From Bugula neritina (taxonomy: Eukaryota; Animalia; Bryozoa), in NCBI GenBank assembly GCA_964035545.1, contig OZ037773.1:1765751-1829750 (forward strand): a stretch of DNA of 64,000 bases, written 5' to 3'. Position 1 is the first letter of the stretch. The number at the start of each line of letters is the position of its first letter. Made by a program: the position numbers and the translations under genes. Positions 12,223 to 23,558 of the stretch are shown piece after piece. The notes under the pieces are model-generated. The model saw nothing but the letters and a program-made list of their open reading frames with translations, did not search any database and was not told where the DNA came from.

Positions 12223-15200
12223 ATGGATAGGAGGTTCAGCAAAAGAATGCCATTGCCGAGCATAAAGTGAGAGCATTATATCTCAATCTATATGTTCGGC
12301 AGTTGTTTCATGGGTTGTCTACAGGTAGCCTATCAGTCAAAACACTAATTCTTACTTTTACAATTTATATTTGTTGTTTTTGTTAGAGCAGGCGATGAAA
12401 TGAAGTTTTCCAATAAGATATATTTGTAAAAACTCAAAGAAGTCTATATATTTATTGTAATTCCTTATAATTTCTAATTCTAATTTTCATAAATAGATAA
12501 TTTTAAAATGTGCAATAAAATTTTAAAATTCCCCTTTGCTATATATAATGATATTATGCTTTTAGTAAGTATTTGGCAAATAAATTGGCCAGCAATCGGC
12601 TAACATTTAAATATTCATGGCCGCATGTGGGATAAAAATATCACCATGTAAAAATATATGAATTTGTTCAACAAAATATTATTTAACTGGGAATTAAAGC
12701 TAAAAAATTGAATTAATATATTAGTTTTATGCTATCAAATATTTCTATAATAATTCTAACATATGAATATAATATGATTGTTGAAGATTAACGTAAATAA
12801 CTTAAACTCAATGTTGATTCTAAAAACCATTGTTGCCCACTTCACTTGCAGCAATTTTGTGTACACAGCTAGTAGATTTTATCTTAACTTGTACTGTATT
12901 GCTATGATTATATTGATGTAAATGTAATATTAATATGGATTTCTATGTATTATTAACTCACCTGTTCTGTATTTTGAACAGCATACTAAACCTCGAAGAA
13001 CTGGGTAAGCTATATTTTCTTTATACTACAACATTAAACAACTACAGCATATGCTAATGCTATCCAAGGTAGATGTTTTGTAGTCATCATAATTACTAAT
13101 GTGTGAGACATATATGCACTTACTTGTCTCTGCAAGCAGATATTTCTAGTCTAGTTTTTATTATAAAAACTGTATAGTATAAATTTACTTTCGTTTGTTA
13201 TTATACTTGCCATAGTTTATAACTGTTACTGTTATAAAGTATGATTCTACAGGCTTGTGGTGAAGACTCGCTGTGTGCAGCATGTTATTATGATACTAAT
13301 TTCAGTAGCAATGGCCAATGAGTGTGTCTGCAGAATTTTTAAATATTCATTCTAGTACTAATCTATACCATAGCTAATCGATATTGAGTGACAACTATAT
13401 TACGTAAAGTATATAATATAGTTTCTCTGATTAAAAACTGAATTAAGAGAACTCAATATTTCGAAAATATAAAGTATTTATATTTAGTATTGATACTATA
13501 TTTGATATAATAAACTTATTTACTCATTTAAATCACTGCAAATTATTTGCTTCGTGTAGTATAAACTACTATCAACAGGTCGTTATGGTCGGCTGATTTT
13601 GTTTGGGAATTTTTACTGTTTGTGTATTGCGACGCGAGGTTCTTAGTTGGCGTCTCCTAAATGCGCAAGCAAAATGTCCCGCATATTGGGGAGGATAACT
13701 CCAGTTGTTGTAAGGTTACGTGAAGCACTTTCTAGCACGCGCAAGCACAAAGGGAATATTTTTGCTTGCGCATTTAGGAGACGCTCATTACGGAGAAACT
13801 CGTGTAGCAATACATAAACAATATAAATTCCAAAACAAAATCATCCGACCATAACGACCTGATGGGCATAGTTCATACTACGCAAAGCAAATTTGCAGTC
13901 ATTTATGACTAAGTAAATAAGTTTATTATTATATCCAATATAGTATGAAGCAGCAATACTACATATATAATATATATATTATTTATGCACAAATTGAGAG
14001 AGTGTAGCATGCAGTCTGACCATTTCTAGAATTCTATTTATAGCACATTCTATGCATATGAGAAACTGAAAGCTTTTACCATAACTTAAACTATTAATGG
14101 CTTTCTGTTATAATTACAGATAAATGTTTCCGTGTTGAGAAACCCAAGTCAGTTCTGCAAAGGTTTATAGGATATTTGTAAGTAAATTCAAGTATAAATA
14201 TGCGTACATGAGCATCAGCTATTAATTTTTACAACTTTTTAACAGAAGTAGCTACTATTCTGATGCAATATTGTAGGACTTAGGTATTTCACAGGTTGCA
14301 TGGTTTTATATATTAAATAGGTATAAAAAAAGGATGCTCCAAAATTATGATATGAATTGGTTATAAAAACAACGCAGTCTTTTTTAATTTAATATTTATG
14401 AAAGCATATTTCTAAAAACTGTTGACTGTTAATTTTCCCAATTAGGAACTGTCTAAATTTTTTATTTGTTAATATTTTAGTTATGATGTTGACCCTCCAC
14501 ATATTCCAAATACATTGGAAGGTAAATTTTCTAGTTTCTGGGTTGTTTTTACGAATCTCTTTCTACGTGTGTTATCACACGGTCTGCCTATGTTTATTTG
14601 AATTATCCTGTTCTAAACTAACTTAGTTTTATGAATGTTATCACTGATGTTGCTAGTAATACGTATACATTACTGGATAATTCTAGTTAGAGTTGAATGA
14701 AGGGTTATGAGTTTGTGATAGATTGTTGTGATATTTGCTTGCAGTCATGAGTTTCTATACTAATGCTGTCTAATATAGTCAGCTAACATGTATATGTTAA
14801 GAAGCAGGTTACAATATATAATCTAATGTGTAACCTTGCAGTATGTTGGAGTTATTGTCTCAAGCTAATCCTAAAGACTGGCTCACAGGCTAATACTATA
14901 ATAGATTATCTCCAGTTGGATGGGTGAGTGGAGAATAAATCCCTACTGAACAATGTCTGGTTATGCTCTAAACAATTATCTCCTTTCAAGAAACTAAAGT
15001 TGCCAAGAATTAGTGCTAAATTATTTATCTTGTAGCTTGGAATATTTTTGTTATTATAAAAGCGGATGTCACTTGCAAAAGTTGGAATAATTATTTTAGC
15101 AAGCTTTATAGAAAAGTGCTTTTTCCAGAAGCAAAGTTTGGCCCAACAAAAACACTCCCCTTTTCGTCACACAAATAGAAATCCTCAGTTTTATATTTCA

Positions 15201-18200
15201 GAATGGCTTATATCAGAGAGATCCTGTTTCTTACCATTGTGACTTTAATAATGGTGACTGTCAAAAGACGTAAACAGAAAGTGTCAGACGACTCCAATCC
15301 AAAAGTGTCTGGGATGTTATCTCGTAGCACCGAGACTTCCTGTCCACTAAGAACTCATACTGGGTGTCAGAGTGAGTTATTATGTGTGTTGTAAATTAGT
15401 ATAACATAACATGATATAATATAGTTTATTTGACTATAATATAATACATAAGATATAATATAGTGTAATGCAGTACCATACAGTATAATATAAAGTAATT
15501 TGATGCAATATTCTATGTCACATGTCGTACTGTTGTGTTGTAGTAGTATGCTGATATATTATTATATTATAATAATAATATAATGTGTTATAAAATTAAT
15601 TTATATATATCATATTCTAACGTTATTAATTGCATAGTGTAGCAAAACATAACATAACAGTTTCACGAGACTGTAAAAGTTTAGTGTAGGAAGCCTTTGT
15701 ATCTAACTTTCTCATTAATAAAATCTACTATTGTTGAAAATTTAAAAATTATACAAGAAAAATACTTGGAAAAGTAATAATCAAAAATGTGGCTGAGCAA
15801 AAGGTCTATGCAATGATGTGTTTTTTATTTTGGAGAGCCTGTTCATGCACGCAGATGTTTTTTACTCATTAAAAACTTAATTCTATTTTTTAGCTGATGT
15901 CAATCTCACAAAAGAAAAACCATCCATGAAGACTACAACAGCTTTCACACAAACAGTGGTAAAGGAAACTTGCGGAATAGCCATTCAAACAAAGAGCAAA
16001 GTGGTTTGTGATGCTTCAAGTCAAAGAAGTAGAAATGAGACTCGTGAAGTTGGCAGTCAAGGAGTTGTCACATCTACTGCGAATGAATACACAGAAACCA
16101 GTGTGCAATATACTCAGGATGGGAAAACTCAAACCAGTGTCTCTTCTACTCAAGACGGAAACACCCAGACAAATGTTGTTTTAGATCTCCAAACCACTGG
16201 CACTCAAAGTAAGCATTTTTATTAAATAATTATAGAGAAGGATGCCTTTTAAGAACTTTAATGTTTAGATTCAAATCAAGCATTTTCATGATAGTTGCTT
16301 TGCTTTAAATAAAACAAACTAAATAAATTTTTTGAGAATAAAAGTAATATATATGTTTACCTTTAGCCACTAACCCAGTCAACTCAAATGACGGAGGCCA
16401 GCAGAATCTGAAAATCTCAGATGAAGTCCATTTTCAGAGTGACAAGTGTCAATCAAAAGCTGTCGGTAACTCAACATCTCAAGGGCAACCAATTCCAGCA
16501 CCAACAACTAGCAGCAAGAAAGCGAGAAGAAAACGAAGAGACCGAAATATGACAACGCTTTCCTGTCTCGACCAGTTTTTTAAGCAGAGAGCCTTTCAGA
16601 ATAAAAATTCTCACACAGATTCGAGTAACACGAGTGTGTCAGTCACAGGAACTAAGTCAGGAGACAGCGATGACGACTTTGTGAACGCTAGTGTCTCCTT
16701 AACCACAAATACTACATCACTCAACGAAGAGGTGGAAGTTAAAAACTCTCAAGTTCCTTCTATGGCCCAGAAAGAGACACCCAAGGTGAAAAAAGAAACT
16801 AAAGCTTCTGATAATGTTGAGAACAACAACTCAAAGTCAACAACCGTAATCCCTGAAATGAAGGCAGCACCAGCTAATGATGGCACTGAGCTAAAAATCA
16901 CTAAGAGTGCACAGACACTTCTTCGAGCTGAAACCAATGTCGAGGAATTAAAAAAGAGAGCTCTTGTCAATGAAATAATGAACAATATTGTAACAGATGC
17001 AACAAAAAAGTTGTTTAAACGTGACTTGGGCTCCATCATTGAAGACAGGCGGCCAGCACCTAACCCAGTCAACTCAAATGACCAAGGCCAGAAAGATCTA
17101 ACAACCCCAGAGAATATTTATATTCAGAGTGACAAGTGTCTATTAAAAGCAATCTGCTACCCAACATCTCAAGGGCCACCGATTCCAGCGTCAACAACCA
17201 GCAGCACAAAGGCGAAAAGCAAGCGAAGAAACCGAAATATGACAACGCTTTCCTGTCTCGACCAGTTTTTTAAGCAAAGAACACCCCAGAATAAAAATGC
17301 TCTTACAGATTCAAGCTACACGAGTGTGTCAGTCACAGGAACTAAGTCAGGAGACAGTTATGACGACTCCGTAAACTCTAGTGTCTCCTTAACCACAATT
17401 ACCACATCAGTAGACAAGGAGGCAGAGGTTAAAAATCTTCCAGTTTCTTCTATGGCTGGAAAAGAGACACGGCCCGTGATGAAAAAGGAAGCTAACGCTT
17501 CTGATAATGTTGAGAACAACAATTCAAAGTCAACAACAGCAATCCCTGAGATGAAGGCAGCACCAGCTAATGATGAGATTGATTTAAAAATTACTATGAG
17601 TGCACAGAAACTTTCTCAAGCTAGAGCCAATCTTGAGGAATTGAAGACAAGAACTTTTGTCAACAAGATAATCAATAATATTGTTATAGATGCTACAAAA
17701 AAGTTGTTTAAGCCTAGTCTGGGTTCAGAAAATGAAGACATCAGAGCTACTGAAGAAGATGAACAAGATTCAGTAGAATATGACAGATTCTACATCCATA
17801 CGTTGCCAACGATAGAGGAAGAAGAATGGGAAGTTGATATACAAGCAACTTATGCGAGTGTTTCCAAAAACGATGTATTGGATGAAGCAATAAAGTCTAT
17901 GGCTGAACTTGCCTCCATGACAGATTCATTTTTGAATGACATTTCAGCAAGAAGTAGTTCAGCTGATGTGATTGACTCAGGAGTACCAAGACGTACTGAC
18001 AATGATCTACAAGTTGACCTAGATACTCAAGATGACAGATGGGAAACATCTTCTGTAGATTCTTTTGAGGTGAGTTGATATAATCGACATAAAATTATTT
18101 TTTATTTTGAGGAAACAAATAGTATGTTTTAAATTTTGGCAAATCTGAGTGATTTAGTTTAATTATACAAGGTTTTGTTAATATTGTTGCTCAAAAATTG

Positions 18201-18905
18201 GCTAATACTGTCATACAAACCTTAAAAGTTCTGGTCTTCAAGGTTCAACTGCAAAATATAAAAAAATTGTGGTAAAAATTTACTTATACTCAAAATAGTA
18301 TAACTCTCAAGTATCAATTTTTCAAAGGATAATGAGAGAAAAATAAAAACTGATTATCAAATCAGAAGACAACTCCAGCTTAGCCTGTGTTCTAGTGAAA
18401 CTGATGTATCCTGCTCCTGTATGAGAAGAGTTGGTGAGTACATAGTACTAGTATACAGCTAAATATTAGCATCACTTGATAGTGAGCTGAATATATCTGA
18501 TGAATGGGAGTTTACTGATAATACCTGCTGTACATGTTCCGTTACTTAGTACTTCATTAGAACAAGTTGTAATATTCTTGCTCATGACCATATATAGAAT
18601 CGAATATAGAAATATTTTGATCGCAATTTAACCGAAAACTTTATTCTTACCACTTCACATCTTGAAATATATTATAATTGTATTTTGCACTAAGCTCATA
18701 AAAATTCTTTGATTTGCTAAGATATAATATATAATCTAATAACTTTACTTATTTCCATGCTGCTGTAGGTGGTGCTCACTCAATGAAGAAATCTAAAATA
18801 CCGAGACCAGTGCCATCAGCTGGTTCTCTCGCACCTTTAAAGAAGAAAATCTATTCCCAAAAGCAAAGATCGCTTATCCCTGTTCGGAGCTCTGTCTCTA
18901 AATAA
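12223..18905 (+). CDS. Orphan membrane-anchored scaffold gene, copy 2 (892 aa). Exons 12223-12266, 12982-13004, 14120-14177, 14481-14521, 14842-14923, 15202-15371, 15894-16208, 16367-18069, 18328-18433, 18769-18905
   Basis: gccATGG start (MDRRFSKRMPLPSI), ten GT-AG exons in compatible phases, stop TAA; exon lengths match copy 3 exactly (44,23,58,41,82,170,315,1703,106,137). Exon 1 assignment is less certain than exons 2-10. Confidence 0.82.
13494..13945. mobile_element. Same fold-back MITE, copy in unit 2
   Basis: Homologous to 1878-2311 at the same intronic position; arms mirror each other. Confidence 0.8.
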
Positions 18906-20234
18906 CTCGGCATATAATGGCAAGGCAGCAAGGCATTGTTCTTTACAAAGAAATAGTTTACCAATGTCAAGTATAGAAACCATTACCCATGTGAAAACTA
19001 GCTCTCAATTAACTCCTAAAATCTCAAACTATCAATTTTTTTCACATATAGGCAGTGTCTATTCTCAGTGTTAGATTGAGATCAACATTGGAAATATTGC
19101 TAAATTTGAAAACTGACAATAGTAACTTTGTAGGGCTGATGTTCTTAGTTTAAAAAAATCTAAAAATCTTGAAAAAAAATTAATTTTCATTTATTCAACT
19201 ATGTTTTTTAAACATTAAATGACAAAATTTTAGCTTTTCCCTTTTTAGCAAGATCTCTAGATGCCCAGAATTGAAATATAAGAAAACCTATATTTTAAAT
19301 TATTAACATTTTCAAACAGTGTGGGCCTTTCATGAGTAAGCTGCATTCACCTTGTTTATGATAAAAAAATATTTTTTGCTCTATGTAATGAATGGCTACA
19401 TATTCAATTTACAACCATTTGATAAAAAAAATCAAATCTCAAAAAAAATTATTCAAATGTAGCATTACTGATTATTTTTTGTTGAAACTATACTATAAGT
19501 TATGATATTGTGATATTGTAGAAATAATATTATTCTATTATAAGTATTTACTGAAATTCAAAAAATTCTCAAAAAAATATAATTTTATTTATTCATTTGT
19601 GCTTTTTAAACAGTAAATGACAACCTTTTAAAATTTCTGACCTAAGAAAAATCTTTATAGATCTGCCTAATGTAAAAAAGAGTATGATATAGACAGTAAG
19701 GAAATGCTATAACTCTCTAAATCCTCTATCTTCTTTTGTTATTTTATTTCTCTTGCTCATGAAATAAGCGTTACATCTATTTGTTTTACCCGAGGATTGA
19801 TTAAATAACTATTTTGGAATATTTTTTTGTTTATTAGATTATCAGATTCTTTTAAAACCAGTTGAAAATCTGTAATTTTTTTTGCTTCTCTTAGTTTCAC
19901 CAATAAATGACTGTATATCAGTTTGAAAGCTGTAATATGACACTTATTATTTGAAACTAATAAATTATTCGTTAGAAAAAAAAACCTATTACAGTTTTTA
20001 AAGTTGATGATACCAGCTTTGCAACTGATTCCCTCATATAATTCAAACAAAATACTGTAGCTTTTGCACTTTACGCATGGTTCCTGATTAGTTGAAAGTT
20101 TTACTCTGATTCTCAATACACACATACATGTTTGTAATCAAAGGTACACTATATGCATTTACACTATAAAGACTTGCTTCTCACAGTCATATAATATTAT
20201 ATTTAGCCAAAAGTCATATTGAAAACGCACAGCA

Positions 20235-23207
20235 CTAACAACATTACTGATTGGTAATGCAATCCCTGTGAGCTGCTGTTGTTTTTGTTGTGATTGCCAG
20301 TATGCTTAGGTTTGAGGATGGCAACAGTGCCGTCACTGATGTTGAGTCTGGTTGGTATGAACTTACTCTAAAATTTAAAATTAGACGTTTTGAGTTTCTG
20401 CTATAATTACAACATATTCATGTATACGTAAAGTTCGAACAAAGTTTCTAAGCGTCATATAAACACACTGCATGTAGTAAAACATGCCAAAATACAGTAG
20501 TTATCCTCCCTCCTGTATTAGCACGTTTTCGCTGGCTAACACTCATATTTGAGTGTTTCACTAAATTTATTTTTTTCAAATTTTGCTTATTGGTTTTTTC
20601 TCCAAGATCTATGAGTTGAACAACATTTTATAACATAAACTTAAACTACATAGCAGTATTGATAAAAAGAATCACTTACATATGGAAAATTTGGTTGGTC
20701 ATGAATATTGACATACTCCTGCTTTTCTCCTACTTTGTGTAGCTGTAATAAAAAGTTTAAATGATGGAAACAGCTATCAGGTGGAGATGAGTCAAATGAG
20801 CTCTTTTAGTTCATCACTTGAGGAGTTGTCATACCTGCTGCTAGTAATTTATGTTATTTTTGGCAGCATATCAGAAATGTGAACTATAATAGATTTTCAT
20901 TTAGATATTTTTTTAGTTTAAAATGCAAAATACAAGCATCAATTTAAAATTTCTTCATTTTCTAAAATTTTCAATTGTGGCACTTTGCTATAAAAGAAAT
21001 AATATAATCGGTTTATTCTAATGTCATAACTATTGCCTTTCCAATAGTCTAATAATAATTTCATTGGCTGAGAGTCACTTTAACTACGCCTACCATAGTG
21101 TTCCAGGAAGCTATACCCATCACATTGTGACCTTTACTACTCCAGTTTACACAGTCTGGTGCAAAATATGTTGCATCAGGAGTGTTATTCTAAAACATTT
21201 TGCATATATCATATTAGTTTGTAGTGCATGAAAAATTGTACTACCACATAGTAAAATGATTTCAAAAATCTTTTAATCTGATACTTTCAAATTACACTAC
21301 TTATAAGTATAATTCAATTATTTTAATAGGAAAATTAGGCAATAATTTTTGTTAGCTTGCACAGCATAAATTTTAAAATAAACAAAACGTGTTTTATTTA
21401 TTCATAAAAAACTGCAAACTGTATTAGTCTAATTTTAAAGCACAATGCAATTGCAGCTAACACAAAATGTGCTAATAATAAAATTAGGCAATAATTTTTG
21501 CAGCTTGCATGGGATAAATTTTAAAAATAAACAAAATGTGTTTTATTTATTCATAAAAAACTGCAAACATGCACTAATATAATTGTAAAACCCAATGCAA
21601 TTGCTGCTAACACAAAATTTGCTGATAATAAAACACTCCACAGCTATCCAGCCCAGCGGTGATTGTGAAACTCACTCTAAACTTTGGGGCAGTCATATCC
21701 CTGAGGAAGGGCTGAATAACAACTGTGAAGACCTTCTTAGTATCATACCTGCCGTTACTAACCAGTCTCTGGACAGCATCTGCATAACTCTTAGTCAGAG
21801 TATCTAACTCTCTTACATCTGATTTAGACGCACAGGGACAGTAGTGCAGTCTAGAGAGAGGAGGGGTAATAAAACTGTATTACTAAGAGCTCAGATAGAA
21901 TATGCCATATTATGAGCTATTATATGGCTATCACTTATACAACCAGGTGACTTGAATCAGCTTAATATTGACCAATTTCCATATGCATAATATTTTAATT
22001 TTCAAATGTGAGAAAACATGAATTTGTGTATTTATTGTGACTCAATAAGATTGCATGGCTAGTCATCATCAAAATCTGTGATCTGCTAAATATACCACAT
22101 GAAGAAATGTTATGCAATTTTATGCTATTTTATGCAATATCTTCTAAGGTGCTTGTCTGATAAGCATTGTATATATAAGTGTGAAACGCATGCTTATAAA
22201 TTAGACATTAACATGACTGCAATAACCTAAAGTTTTAGCTATATAAGTAAATACATATATGCATACTTATTTTGAAAAGAGAACAGTTTTTAAGTTTTTT
22301 TTTTCTTGAAATCTCTATATATAGCATCAGTTATTTATATGGGATACGGGAGAAATTATGACTTGATGCTAGTCCTAACATCACCAATGGCATTTACCAA
22401 AATTCTAACTTATGACATTGATCGAGTTACTAAACCAAACACCCCTAGACCTGCTCTCTGCATTGTAAACCTATTACTTGATGACATGAGTCATCAATAA
22501 ATTTGATGAATATATTGGAAAATTAGTTGGGGGGGGAAATTCTGCAAAATATTTTATCATGACATGCGTTTTATTATTTATCCAACAGCTTGAAAGCTTG
22601 ATAAAATATTCTTACATATTATTAAGCAGTTGCTGGTTATTAAACTAATACATATCTTAAAAAGTAAATGTGAATTACACTATGAATATAATGTTCTTAT
22701 GTTGTTATAATATATTTGCTAAAGTCTATATGATTATAGAACAGGACATATCTATTCACCTTAATTCATGATCTTCATTCGACTCCGCCTTTTTACTTGC
22801 CGCCAGTAAAATCTAAATATCAAATAACAAACTCCAACAAAGATGTATTAGACAAAGTTTATAACATTTAATAATTTCACAATATACAAAGAAGTTTTAG
22901 TAAAGTTTTAAGTAGGTGTTGTATATTAAAAAACCTCACAGGTTGCCTTAACATAGAATCTTATAAAACTGCAGATCTCAAATATAAGAAAAATACAAGC
23001 AAGTATTGTATTTTATACACTTCTTAGGCTTCATTTGTGCTTAAAATGTCTACATAAGTTCCTCAGCTTAATAAACTAAACTTCATAGTAATTATCAAAG
23101 ATCTATACAAACTAATAGTAAACAACAGCAATCCTATTATTGTAACTACACAAGTTAAGTTAGTAAAATAATATATTTACAGCAAAAAACTAATTTCTCA
23201 ATATCAT
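20235..23207 (-). pseudogene. PLB1-like pseudogene, copy 2; exons 22760-22812, 21676-21850, 21094-21189, 20680-20742
   Basis: NNTPDATYFAPDCVNWSSKGHNVMGIASWNTM matches PLB1 YFAPDCFHFSxKGH...ALWNNM but with the DxxH His replaced by Asn; LHKVGEKQ exon follows; ALDYLH exon deleted. Confidence 0.85.
21331..21630. repeat. Local ~149-bp tandem duplication specific to unit 2
   Basis: aaaattaggcaataattttt...gctaacacaaaat at 21331 and again at 21480; single copy in units 1 and 3. Confidence 0.85.
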
Positions 23208-23558
23208 TTTGTACTTAAGCAACCTACTTACTACTGAAAGATTCAGAATACACAATGTTTATTATAGTGACAAATACTTTATTACCAACTCACATATCTT
23301 TTGTCCCACATTTAGTCTTATCTTTCGGGTATTTAAGATACTGCATAAAATGGTCAACTCATAAAGTAGCAGTATAACTCATTGAAACTATTATTGGATA
23401 CGTTAAGGGTGAAATAAAAAAATATATATTTGTATTTGGCTATAGCTTTTGGTTAGCAAGCTGAAAAGTAAGCTATATGGTATCATAGTAATAATAGAAA
23501 TACTTGAAGGATAGATTAGAGGATTCATTCTAAAGCTAAGCAGCTTTTATTCTTAGCC

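Noticed and set aside
16749-17072. Antisense ORFs over the scaffold exon 8 (also 27862-28110)
   Set aside because: Shadow of the + strand frame; not conserved in extent between copies
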